Source: Fistulifera solaris | Taxonomy: Eukaryota | Direction: 5' to 3' | DNA length: 64,000 nt | Assembly (NCBI GenBank): GCA_030295235.1 | Contig: AP026169.1 | Coordinates: 682,001-746,000, forward strand | In this document: one piece after another, positions 27,244 to 38,640 of the stretch | Position numbering within the stretch: the first letter of the stretch is position 1 | Layout of the letters: each line of letters starts with the position of its first letter | Translations under genes and position numbers: made by a program | The notes under the pieces: model-generated | What the model was told of the DNA's origin: nothing | What the model saw: the letters and a program-made list of their open reading frames with translations, nothing else | Database searches by the model: none

Positions 27244-27858
27244 ATGCTGCTCTTACCTTTGCACCAGTTGCTACAAGTCCCTATTGATACGCTGTCTGTG
27301 GTAGCTGATAATGCAGTCAGCCCAGCGCATCCACTTTCAGCTTCGTTAAAAATCAATCTCCGTCGTGGAATACCGGCACGATCGATTTCGTGGGAAGGTA
27401 GTCACTCGAGTCAGAACCGTTGGTCCGGAGCTGTCAGTAACGAAACCATGATGCTCAAAAAACCGCGTCAAGGAAGAGAGCCACGACTTGAACATGAAAT
27501 GAAAAGAACTCAACCCCGCGAAGAAACCAATAGACGGATTGTAGCTCGAGACACTCCCTCACGGTCCCATTCGATGGACAGTACGTTTGAATCGTTGTGT
27601 CGAGGCCAGCGACCTGCACGAAGGCCCCGCCGGAAACTCAGCCCCGAACCAAAACATCAATTATCGGTCAACGACCGAAGGAGTGTTGGAATCGATAAAA
27701 GCTACCTGATCAGTTCTATTTTGAAGAGCAAGCTTTCACTCAATGCTATGACTCCACAACACGCGGTATCGCCGCCTCCGCTCTTCCTAGGTTCTCATGA
27801 GAAAATCTCGGCTGCCAAAATGCTAACAGATGTTTTGGAAGAATTTGATCAAGAATGA
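27244..27858 (+). CDS. Hypothetical basic, low-complexity protein (paralog of 25808-26635)
   Basis: 204-aa ORF; N-terminus MLLLPLHQLLQVPIDTLSVVADNA; NRW and KKPRQ motifs. Confidence 0.65.
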   Translation: MLLLPLHQLLQVPIDTLSVVADNAVSPAHPLSASLKINLRRGIPARSISWEGSHSSQNRWSGAVSNETMMLKKPRQGREPRLEHEMKRTQPREETNRRIVARDTPSRSHSMDSTFESLCRGQRPARRPRRKLSPEPKHQLSVNDRRSVGIDKSYLISSILKSKLSLNAMTPQHAVSPPPLFLGSHEKISAAKMLTDVLEEFDQE

Positions 27859-30346
27859 AGTCATTAAGTCTATTGATTCGATGACACGACACGACAAGCA
27901 ATTTAAAATTCATAATTTCCTCATAACTATACGAAACTAGCACTTCCAGAAATTTAGCTATTTAATTAATGTAACAACTGACTTTTTTTAATTTATTGCG
28001 TCAATTCGCTTTTTATTTGGTTTTAAAATCGAACGACCCGAAGTGCCCTCAACTTTTTACCACGACTGCAATGTAACGAATAGCTAGAAGTTACGGCAGA
28101 ATTTGCCTACAATCTCCGTTCGCTCCGCTAGGTCGCTAAGCTATGATTGCTGTCCAAACAAAACATTTATGTTTAGAGCTTTTGCAATACCCCTTTGGCT
28201 ATGGCTATGCTGTGTAAAACACTGGCTACGTTTTGATCGTAGTAACTGTAATAGACCCGGATAATCTGTATTAAGGAGGAGGTTAAATATAACACTCCCA
28301 CGAATCAGATTGGTCGTATAGGAAAAATACGACATGGCACTATAGCCAAAGTGGTAGGTGATGTCAGTCACGAGAACATGTACAAGAGTACATGTAGATC
28401 TACAGTCATAAAGAACAACACGTGGCATCCGTATATCAAGTGTACACGTGGAGAACAAGAACTCCATTGATATAGCTCGTAGTACCAGGGTACAGAGCAA
28501 CGGATAGTCAGTGTCGCACAAAGCGAAGCGAACAGTTAACGCGAAGCATGAATCGTGCGATGCGATCACGAGTGTGAGAGTGATGACTAACTAGTATTTG
28601 TGCAGGATTCACATTAACCTAAACAAAACTATTCATTATGAGGAATGCGAAATAAGTCGCTTAGAAATGCATTTGATGAACAGATGTTCACGAATGAGTT
28701 ACGATTGCAAATGAGAATTGCATCAACATGTAATCCGAACTCAAAGAGTTCAACGAGCAGAAGTAAATACATTTCTATAGCCATAATTTTCATACCCTAT
28801 CGTTTATTACCTTAACTTATAGCGAGCATAGGACAGTAACGAAGTGTACGCATATTTTTATCATGAGTGCATCCCAGTCATGAGTTACGAATCATGTTTT
28901 CGAGAAGCTCTTCTATCTTGTTAACCTACTGATACTTTTTGATACAATGTATTTATGAGTACACAGAGCAACGATAGGATGTTTTCTTCTACTAGGTTAT
29001 TAATCACATTTTATTCACCTTTATGTTGATCGCGGCACTTGTACCTTGTACTTTTAATATTTTATACGCACATCGATCGTTTTTTTAGTTCACCACGACT
29101 GAACTCCAGTCGAACCAAGCTAGAGAGTGGCTAGAGAGACTCAAGAGACCAGACACCAAGACATGAGCCACATTCGGTCAGCAACAGTCTCTCAGTTCCC
29201 AGTTTAATCAATGAAGAAAATCAAAGATTTTTGACAAAAATGCGCTAATAAAATAGCATACTTAGTTCATGCAGAAGACAGAAGACGATGACGGATGACG
29301 GGCCGGATGCCGCATCCCAGGATCCCAGCAAACTGTAAACTGTACATTGTACGGAGTAGATTGTAGATCAAAGATTAAATGCTTAGTTTTTCCCTATTCT
29401 ACTTAATTTTATCGATAAATAAATGTTGCATGTATATGTACTCCTTGGTTTGAATGTGGCAGGTTGGCAGGTTGCAGGGTTGAACGTTGCATGTTGCATG
29501 TACCACGTACCGCGTAAGAGTAAGAGTCACCACTCACCACGTATCTACCACCTACAACCACAACTAAAAGTCTCCAGTCTTTCGATTTGCAATTCGCGAC
29601 TATCTCCCTCTTTTTGAACTTTAGGTTTTTGTTTTGTGACAAGAGACAAGAGACAACAGACAGGTGAAGCTCTAGAGTGACGTTTGTGAAGGCAATCTAA
29701 ATTAATTCCTACAGTCAGAATGCAATTTTGACATTCGCACTGATTTTTCCATGGTTCATCTTCATTTTCTTACAAATAGCAAATAGTTCAATCTGGCAGC
29801 GTCTGAGAAGGCCCTAATTAGGTTTTGTTACTTCGTATTTAGGCATTTTCCAATCGCGCCATGATTATTCATCGAAATAGTTCATAGTTCCCTAAACAAC
29901 TTATCAGTTGATATTAGATATTAAGATCCCAAGATCCAGTGTCCGAAAACAGATGTCCACCACGACTTATTTCTACATTTGTCGAATACGTTACAAACAC
30001 GTCATTCGACAAATCCGAACAACCGAAATTCTTGGAATGCCATAGTCGAGAGTACGCCTCTGGACGTCGTGAATTGCAGCATCTTGCATTCAACGGCAAT
30101 GGGGTCGAGGTCCTTACTGCTGTAGGCGGCGAGGTGTTGGTACGGGACAAGCCGCCACGAAACGTATTCAACGTTATCATTTGTAGTCCGCTTTATAACC
30201 TGCCATGTTACCGAAGTAACAAGTACTGCATTGATATCACTGTGAGGCAACAAACAAGCAATCCACCATTTTATTCGAAAACGACGAGTGAATCTCAAAA
30301 AGCATTTGATTTGATCTATCAAGCCTCCATATTGTCTCTAAGAAAC

Positions 30347-30985
30347 ATGTCTGATCCTACGAACAAAGCAACGGATAGCATTTCGAAGGATGACCGGCCC
30401 GAGGACCAAACGGATGTATCCAAACAGCTTTCCCATGCGACTCCGAGTCGAAAGAAGCGATCTTACATTGATGAGAGTCGTCTATCGGCGTACGAAGCAC
30501 AACAACTCGAAGCCCGTCGCGCTTACAATCGCACGTGTGCGGCAAAAGCCAGGCAGCGCTCAAAAGATCTGACCACTCAACTACAGGAAGAAGTAGCGAA
30601 ACTCAAACAAGAGAAAGCCGATTTGGAGAGTCAAATACAAGTCACTGGAGCCAATATTCAATTTCTAGAGCGCCAGAATCGATTGTTAATGGCCAATCAG
30701 CAAGCGCGGCCGGTCGTTGTTCCCACATCACTCCTCAACAGTCATAGCTTGACAAATTCAACGTTAGGAACCTCGATGGGTATCGATCAGGCATTGTTAT
30801 CTTTATCGAATTTGTCGAACACGCAGTCGACACCAGGAATTGCGGGCTTCACGGGAATATCCAATTTGAACCTAGCCAACTACCAAAATATGGCCTTGAC
30901 GAATCTCAACAGAACACCAAATAGGAATACCCGCCCAATGTTTCCCGACGACCTATTGGGATTGGGCAAGCTCCCACCAAGGTAG
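30347..30985 (+). CDS. bZIP transcription factor
   Basis: RRAYNRTCAAKARQR (N-x7-R) followed by a leucine zipper LQEEVAKLKQEKADLESQIQV...LERQNRLL. Confidence 0.85.
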   Translation: MSDPTNKATDSISKDDRPEDQTDVSKQLSHATPSRKKRSYIDESRLSAYEAQQLEARRAYNRTCAAKARQRSKDLTTQLQEEVAKLKQEKADLESQIQVTGANIQFLERQNRLLMANQQARPVVVPTSLLNSHSLTNSTLGTSMGIDQALLSLSNLSNTQSTPGIAGFTGISNLNLANYQNMALTNLNRTPNRNTRPMFPDDLLGLGKLPPR

Positions 30986-31270
30986 TGTTGGAATTGCGTG
31001 TAAAACCTTTCTATTCGTCAGCGACATGATTCTGTCACAAAAGGATCTTGATTTGGAGCTCGGAGTGTTATCAATCCTGACACGAGATAACAAGAACACG
31101 GAACGCGTAAAGATCTAGTGAGTTGTAAGGATTGTAACAAGAGTAAGACCCTGAAAACCCGGGACGCGTTTATTAGTTTATGTTTGTTGTTTTCGACCGT
31201 TTTCAGCAAATTCTGGCAATGAGAGTTAAATCATCTTTTCGGTACGAATATTCCCCATGACACTTATTTT

Positions 31271-32255
31271 TCACAGAGATGGCAAGTTTGTTGGAACAGA
31301 ATTAACTTGCTCGGCAAGTTTGGCCACATCCTGTTCGTTCATGTTGTTCATCCATCCCGGTGGGAGATCCAAGCCATCGAAACGTGACGCATAATTAGCA
31401 ATATCTTCTTTCGAGGGTATGAATCCGACCGCCGTGTAGAGTTGTCGCAGTAAATTGTCGGCACCAATGATCAAAAGACACGAAAAGGCCACTACGGCAA
31501 ACATGATCAGTACTTCTCGTCCCGCACTCCACACCGTGGGCCACTTGGCACCCGAAAGTTCGTTGATCGTTTGTTCGATCGGATTTTTCATCATTATCGG
31601 ATCCACCTTTTGACGTTCTTCCAGTGACATTTCTTCTTCCGGATCATAGAACATGGTGGGCGTGTTTTCGTCCCACTGTCCCCGATTCGCAACGGAGGAT
31701 TCATCGGTACTAATCTTACTGAGATCGATTCCTCCAAACATGGTGCTCGCAGCCGCTTCACGCTCTTGTTGCGCACCCCCGATAAGGCCTGCATTTCTCT
31801 ATTTTTGATATAGTCCGCCGACACTTTGGACCTTTCAAGTCCCAAATCGGCAGTTCGGGCCCGGATGGCCGCTCTCATCTTTTCAATTTTGTCGTCTTTG
31901 TACTATTATGAGAAAGAAAGTCGGAGAACCATGAGATGAAACAGAATCTTCACAATTGAATGAAAGAAGGAGTTAATTAACGTACCGCAGGATTCGCATC
32001 AAAGTCACCCATATCATCGAGTCGTTTGCGGTCTGCTTCTTCTATCAGCGATGCTTCGGCTTGTCCGAACGAAGTCCGCGTTACATTCTCTTCCTTTTCG
32101 CTCTTCTCATCAGTTGTTGACTTGATTTGAAAAGTATTTTTAGATGTGCGACAGAAAGTCCTCGATTGGATCCCAAAGGAAAGCGTCAAAGGGCACAACG
32201 AGCCAAGCGTCAAACATATTGCGACGCATGATGTGACGAATGAAATCTTTCCCAT
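31271..32255 (-). CDS. secE: Plastid-targeted preprotein translocase SecE-like protein
   Basis: ELSGAKWPTVWSAGREVLIMFAVVAFSCLLIIGADNLL matches the SecE pattern (EL..V.WP + TM + D). Signal peptide MGKISF...TLS-FG. Intron ~31903-31985. Frame break at a G-run near 31778. Confidence 0.7.
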
Positions 32256-32825
32256 AGTTTGTCGTAATGTTTTTCTTGACTGTTTACAGATTATCAACGC
32301 GCTTAATTACCGGCAAGGAAAGACCCTTGACAAGCTTCGAACCAGATGAAGGTCCTCAGCAACAGTTACTTGTACAAGTTATTGCCTTCAACTCGTCATC
32401 ATCATTCGCCGCCATCAACTTCACAAGGTCAACCTTATCAATTTTTTGTCTGGCAAAAGCCGCGTACATCTTTTTGATACACGTTTCTCAGACCAATTTC
32501 ATGTTACAGCAAATCAAATAGACTGACATCCGCACTGCACTTAATTGTGCAGTACGGTACTCGTCAGACGCTTGACACCACCACACAAAAACAGAATGCC
32601 ATACGTCAGTGTCTGACCTTCGAACTGCTGCCGGTTACGCGGTCGGCCTGTTTCGTGGTCGTCGGGAAAGACTGACTCAAACAGTGAAAGGAAAGACGCT
32701 CTCGCTGCCATCACCCATCGACTGCTTCCTCAACAACAACAGCCATCGAACGGTTCTAATTCGTTTCGAAAGGACTTCATCTTATATACCTTTCCATAAG
32801 ACTTGTCATCAATTCACAGTAGAAG

Positions 32826-34321
32826 ATGAAGATTTGTCAAGCGGCCGCCCTTGCCGCCTTTGTCACTTCCGCTAGTGCTTTCTCGTCGGTGGCCTTTGTG
32901 GCTTCGAGGTGAGTGGAAGCTATTGCGAACAAAAAAAGAGCGTTGTAGTCAGTGTCTCTTGTCTCTTTGAGAAAAGATTAGCTCGCTGTTGTTTATGTAG
33001 CAGCTAGATTGATTAGTGGCTCCTTTGAAGTGCAACATCATTCGTAGCGTAGTTGCACATTTCGTTTGGGTTGAAGAAATGCATCATCAACAACACCTTG
33101 TTTCTAATTCATCTTCGATTTCTCTCTCTTGAAACTACCATTTCATCTTCTTTACTCTACAGATCCTCGACTGCTCGATTCCAATCCGCCGTTGCCGAAC
33201 AAACGGAGACATCCACCAGCAGCGAAGAGAAATCAAAAGCCCGAGGACCTACTCGATTCGATCGATTGAAGCAATTGTACAAGGGTCCTCGATTTATCGC
33301 CACTGATCAGGAAGTCCCTTTCTCGTATGAAGATTTCGCTCAAGCGGTTTCGGTGACCGAATACGCTTTCGAACGAAACTCGGTAGTACAGGGTGTGGCT
33401 GTCGAATATTCGGGAGAAAAAGGATGCTTGGTAGATATCGGAGCCAAAGCTTCGGCGTTCTTGCCCGCGCAGGAATCCTCTCTTTACATGGCCGATAACG
33501 CCGGTCTTTCAGATGTCATTCCTCTCGACACTCCCATGAACTTTCAAATTATCAGTGAAGAAGACGAGAATGGTCAGCTCATTGTCAGTGTCAAGCGAAT
33601 TCAATACAAGGAGGCTTGGGAGAAGGTCTTGACACTTTCGGAATCGGACGAAGTGGTGGAGGCTCAAGTTGTGGCCGTGAATCGCGGTGGAGCTATCTGC
33701 TTGATTGAAGGCCTTCGTGCTTTCCTTCCCGGATCGCACTTGGCTGGACAGCTCCCAGATGAATCCCTCATCGGCCAGACTCTCAAACTCAAATTCTTGG
33801 AAGTCAACCAAGAGAACGGCAAATTGGTGGTGTCTAACCGCAAGGCCGTTGTGGAACAACAAATGGCTGATTTGAGCCGTGGTGATTTGGTGGAAGGTAT
33901 CGTCAAGGCCCTCAAACCCTACGGTGCTTTCGTCGAAGTCGGTGGCATGTCGGGATTGTTGCACATTTCTCAGATCTCCTACGATCGCATCGACGATTTG
34001 GAGAAGGTTCTGCAACCCGGTATGGCCGTCAAGTGCATGATCATCGATCACGACAAGGTCAATGGACGTATTGCTCTCAGTACAAAGACATTGGAGCCGG
34101 AGCCTGGTGACATGTTGAAGAACTCTCAGATGGTGTACGACAACGCCGAACAAACGGCCATTTTGTATCACGAAAAGATGGAGGCTCAGCGACTGGAGCG
34201 AGAAAAAGCTGCCCGCGACATTGTGTTGGGACTGGGCGATTCTTTGGATGACTTGGACGGTAGTTCCAGCAGCGACCCCTTGAAGGATGTCTCGGACAGC
34301 TTGGACTCGTTACTCTCTTAA
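32826..34321 (+). CDS. rps1: Plastid 30S ribosomal protein S1 (nuclear-encoded)
   Basis: Presequence MKICQAAALAAFVTSASA-FSS; intron 32909-33162; three S1 domains (VDIGAKASAFLP, GLRAFLPGSHL, KPYGAFVEVGGMSGLLHISQIS); LSTKTLEPEPGDML. Confidence 0.93.
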
Positions 34322-34763
34322 AAACTTAATCTTTGGTAAACCGAACGTAAAACACTATTCTGCAGATTAAAAATATTTAGGTGCAGCACCTTATTGGGGA
34401 ATGACTTAAGTATTTCCTATGCTAGTTTGTGCGAATGGTAAACTATGGAGATGCTGGCGCTTTTTCTGCAAACTACCAGGTACCGGTACCTGGTAGTAAG
34501 CGGCAAACTCATTCGACAAAATCATGCATTATTTGACAAATCTTTTTGAGAAAGAAGCGTTCGCAAACATGCACCGAACTATCGAAGCTTCCGATGATAC
34601 AGAGCCTAACAGAATTGCTTCCCTAGCTCAATCATTTACAAAGTGTTCGTAACTTTCCATACAATCATCCTAAATCAAGGAAACGACGAAACTACCGGAA
34701 CTTGTGATTGCGTTTAATACAATGGTAGGTTACGAAAGCAGGTAAAACCTAGTATGTTTTGTT

Positions 34764-35261
34764 TTAAAAGACACGGAACGACTTCTTTCCGGCAATCACA
34801 CGCTGAGGCTCATGCGCCAAGACGTTGAAACGGACCGTCTTGCTCAAGGGACGGCACTGTCCGACGGTAACAATATCACCTTCCTTGACGGGGAATGCCG
34901 GACTGCAGTGCACCGCAATGTTCTTGTGACGCTTTTCGAATCGACGGTACTTTCGAATGAAATGCAAGTAGTCTCGTCGGACTACAATCGTTCTCTTCAT
35001 CTTGGTGGAAATGACCAATCCCTTAAGGATACGTCCACGAATGGAAACGTTTCCAGTGAAGGGGCACTTCTTGTCAACGTAGTTGCCTTCAATGGCAGCC
35101 GCGGGGGTCTTGATGCCGAGACCTACGGATTTGAACCAGCGCATGGGTTTGTTGTCGGCACCACCAATGGCACGCTTGCGGGCCACAAAGACGGCATCCT
35201 GTTTCTGGTAAGCTTTTTCGTGTTGATCACACTCAACATATTCACGGGGGACGCGCGGCAT
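34764..35261 (-). CDS. RPS11: Cytosolic 40S ribosomal protein S11 (uS17)
   Basis: [48 protein letters not shown]. Confidence 0.97.
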   Translation of the reverse strand: MPRVPREYVECDQHEKAYQKQDAVFVARKRAIGGADNKPMRWFKSVGLGIKTPAAAIEGNYVDKKCPFTGNVSIRGRILKGLVISTKMKRTIVVRRDYLHFIRKYRRFEKRHKNIAVHCSPAFPVKEGDIVTVGQCRPLSKTVRFNVLAHEPQRVIAGKKSFRVF

Positions 35262-35821
35262 GGTAGTTTCTTGTTTTTCTCTCGACTATAATGGACAACA
35301 AATGTTAAAACGAGCGTCAGTGAGAAACGATGCCGACGGACTTTTTGTGTATAGAATAAACACTACGGATATATATGTCTAATAAATAATGAATGCACAA
35401 ACCAATAATTCGTACCTTCCAACGCAACAAAGAGGATTGTTTCCAACGTAGAGAACCGACTTCCAGCTTGCAACACAATGATAGGCAGAAACACGGAGGA
35501 CGAAAAGTTAGTAGAGACGGTAAACGGTAAAACGATGTGTTACTATCAACCTTAATGGATCACGAATCATCGTCTTCGCTCGACGTTTCGGGACTTGGGA
35601 CTGTCGCAGCAAGTTTCGATACTCTTTGATAAAAAAGTAAACGGAATGAACTAATGGACTGTAAAACGATAAGTAGACAAGAGAAGAAAACAAAACCTTT
35701 TCACACCTTGTTTCACACAAGCATCACACATACACGCGACAAACATGCGACGACAACGAAATCTCACATTCGTCTTGACATTTGCTGATCCTTCATTCTG
35801 AACTATTGACGTCTTTCAACA

Positions 35822-37369
35822 ATGGAAACACCACTACTAGCATCACATCCCGACAACGAAGAGCCTTCCCTATTATCGTTTTGGCCGGCAAATGATGATG
35901 ATCAGTCGAGATCGAGTCCATTTGCTCGACTACTCGAACAAAGGGCACCATCGTTGCTGCACTGGCGGACGACAAGAACTATACCTCAGCTTGTACAAGA
36001 AAACGACACAGAGGAATGGAAGGCCGGATATTGGTTACTGGTGGGATCTGGAACCGCATCATTGCTGCATTTGGGATTTATGTGGGGCGCTTTTGCCTCG
36101 ACGAGTTGGTCGGTCACCTTTGTGACGATCCAAACGCCATTCGCCACAACGTCTCTACCACTTCTGACCACTCATTTGGCGGATATTCTGTCACAATTTC
36201 AAAATGTGGCACTTTTAGGGATATCGGCCTTAGTCGTTCCGTGTGTTTTCATGGTTTCGGCGCCCGCATTGATTCTGCGAGATGCGCATCGGCCACGGAA
36301 TTGGAACTGGAAACACTCATATGGCACCTCTCCTCGATCCGTGATGGAATGCTCTATACGGTGGGCCCTATTTGTGTTTTATTTCTTAATAGTCTTGCAA
36401 CTGGCAGTTGATTCCATGCATTTACACTGGACTGGTTCGTCAGTTACGGTGCACTCCCAAGCCAAAGGAGGTCTCGTGGCCTACGTGACCGGTGTTGCAT
36501 CCGCACTCTTGGCATTGGTCTTTCTACGATGGCCTCCTCCGCAACTTCACAACAATAACAACAATATTGGACCACTCGCTATTGAAACGGCACAATTTGA
36601 GCATCCTCTCGTACGCACTGTTGTACCACGTGAGGACGAAACGCCGTCTATGGTAGTCTTGGAAGATACGTCAACATTAGAAGGTCCCGTTGTCAGCTTT
36701 CAGCCAGTACTGCACGATGAAATTGAGGACAATCGATCTTTATTGGAGGGCGCACCTTGGTATGCAAACTTGCTCACTCCTACACGACTCTTGCACAAGT
36801 CGTTGTTTTGCAGAACCGTACTGATCTATCAACTTGGTCTATTCAGTGTTGTACTATGGATACCAGCTTATACGATACCTCTGTTGCAATGGTCCTCACC
36901 GTATCTGAGTCCGAATCCCCAACCACTGATTTTATGGAATCTTCCGCAAATGCTGGGACAATCCGGAGCGGCCGCTGGGACATCCTATTGGATCATTGGA
37001 CTGCTCGGAGTCGTACTGATGACCACCGTGTTTGTGGCACCCGCCATAGCACTCGGGTTGTCGATCACCGTGTGGTGCGTGGAACCCAAGAAGTCGCGAG
37101 TATGTCAATCGTGGTTGTATGCCTGGCATCCTCTCATGGGACAGGCCGTGTGGTGCATGGCTCTCTTGCTGGTGACACCCGCGTTGGAGCCATGGAGTCG
37201 CCAATTGCTAGCGAGCAACACAAACATTTGTCAAGCTATCAGTACGTGGGTGCCAATCGACGATTGCATTCTTTTGCAAGCAGAATATCAGCCTGGAATT
37301 CTTCTGTTCCTTGTTCAAACGGTTTGTCTGGAGTTTTTTGTTGTGTTGACTTTACGATGGAGTGTTTGA
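35822..37369 (+). CDS. Multi-pass membrane protein with two similar hydrophobic halves (weakly PqiA-like)
   Basis: Intact 515-aa ORF with about 8-9 hydrophobic segments in two groups separated by an acidic loop; N-terminal ETPLL dileucine-like motif. The family call is a guess. Confidence 0.6.
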   Translation: METPLLASHPDNEEPSLLSFWPANDDDQSRSSPFARLLEQRAPSLLHWRTTRTIPQLVQENDTEEWKAGYWLLVGSGTASLLHLGFMWGAFASTSWSVTFVTIQTPFATTSLPLLTTHLADILSQFQNVALLGISALVVPCVFMVSAPALILRDAHRPRNWNWKHSYGTSPRSVMECSIRWALFVFYFLIVLQLAVDSMHLHWTGSSVTVHSQAKGGLVAYVTGVASALLALVFLRWPPPQLHNNNNNIGPLAIETAQFEHPLVRTVVPREDETPSMVVLEDTSTLEGPVVSFQPVLHDEIEDNRSLLEGAPWYANLLTPTRLLHKSLFCRTVLIYQLGLFSVVLWIPAYTIPLLQWSSPYLSPNPQPLILWNLPQMLGQSGAAAGTSYWIIGLLGVVLMTTVFVAPAIALGLSITVWCVEPKKSRVCQSWLYAWHPLMGQAVWCMALLLVTPALEPWSRQLLASNTNICQAISTWVPIDDCILLQAEYQPGILLFLVQTVCLEFFVVLTLRWSV

Positions 37370-37484
37370 AAGAAAGAATGGGTATGCGAAGTTTTGTCAC
37401 TGGCTACATACACGTTTGAATTATTTAATGTACATCGTGTGTTCTAAAATTCTTAGCAAGTTCACGGCAGCCGTCCACTCGTCA

Positions 37485-37916
37485 TCATCTTTGCTGAGAA
37501 AATTCCATCTCCAAACGGTTTTGTAAGCGTCTGTACGCGTTGCATACGTGAACCGGATGGATCCATTGTCCTCTGACGAAAATAAAGTCATTCTCTTCCT
37601 TCACTTCTCGCCAATCACCATTCTCGTAAGCAAATTCAACTTTATTGCGTTTCTTATCACGGATCTGATCTTCTTCGGACGTCCACATATTCTCCCGTTC
37701 CCGGTCTGTGTAATCCATTCGATTCGGAATCATTACTACGGAAACAACGGGACAGAAGCGAAGTGTACGCTTGACAGAGGAAAGTCGTCGTAACTCGCCT
37801 TTCTCGACAAAGAATGATGATGATTTACACGATCGAGAGCGTCGCTTGTGCAGCGGCAACACCTTGTTTTGATTCGTTCTGGCGTATGATAGAGGAAATG
37901 GAAAGAACGCCGTCAT
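37485..37916 (-). CDS. Hypothetical protein (RF...V..IP...Y....MW family)
   Basis: KRTLRFCPVVSVVMIPNRMDYTDRERENMW...RNKVEFAYENGDWREVKEE...WIHPVH; coherent ORF. Confidence 0.7.
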   Translation of the reverse strand: MTAFFPFPLSYARTNQNKVLPLHKRRSRSCKSSSFFVEKGELRRLSSVKRTLRFCPVVSVVMIPNRMDYTDRERENMWTSEEDQIRDKKRNKVEFAYENGDWREVKEENDFIFVRGQWIHPVHVCNAYRRLQNRLEMEFSQQR

Positions 37917-38640
37917 GATGAAATAGTAGAAATATATTTGATGGGCCATGAAGTGCTTGTTTGTTGAAAAAATAATGTTGTGTCGAAGAAAAAAAAAGGC
38001 AACGCGAAAAGGCAAAAACGTTGTGATTGGGGAATAGGGGACCGCGAATAAAAAAGATCGGGAGATTGGGATTCGGGGCGGAACCGCGACCGGAGAAAGT
38101 GCGTACTGGTACTACTTGCAGCTTGCAGCGGACCTTGTACAGTGCGAAAATATAAGGCCGTCGCGCGATTGTTAAAAGGAACAAACATCGACCTTTCAAT
38201 CTCGTCCTCTCTTCGTAGTACGGAGTACTAATTGATTTGAGAATTTGAGCTATCGGAAATCGGAAATCGGAAACCGAATGTCTTAAGAGAGGAGAGAGGA
38301 GTCAGCGATTTTTGGTCCATGCGGTCATAACTCATAGAGCCTCGGACTATTGTCTGTGTCCGAAATTACCAAACACGGGTTTGGAGTTTGGAGTCTAGAG
38401 TCTTTTCCAAAATCTACTTCGAAGGACTATAGTATTGTTCTTTTTCTTTCAGTTATAGGGTTCTGAGACCGTCTGCACGACGCACGCACCTTTGCATGGG
38501 TCACGACATCTCATGACTCACTCATCATGATCGACCCAACTGAAACCGGCGAAGCATGGGCGTTGCACCACAGACCGCATCATCAACAAACATCAAACAA
38601 GAGTAATGGACACTAACTTCATGCATTCTTTATCGTTTCA

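Noticed and set aside
28141..28569. 142-aa minus-strand ORF in the AT-rich island
   Set aside because: Non-ATG start, no motifs, non-coding composition.
29939..30346. N-terminal extension of the bZIP ORF
   Set aside because: Begins at GTG; the first ATG at 30347 is in a typical context.
33509..34171. 220-aa antisense ORF over rps1 (likewise 34812-35291 and 62974-63645)
   Set aside because: Typical antisense open frames of highly expressed, codon-biased genes.
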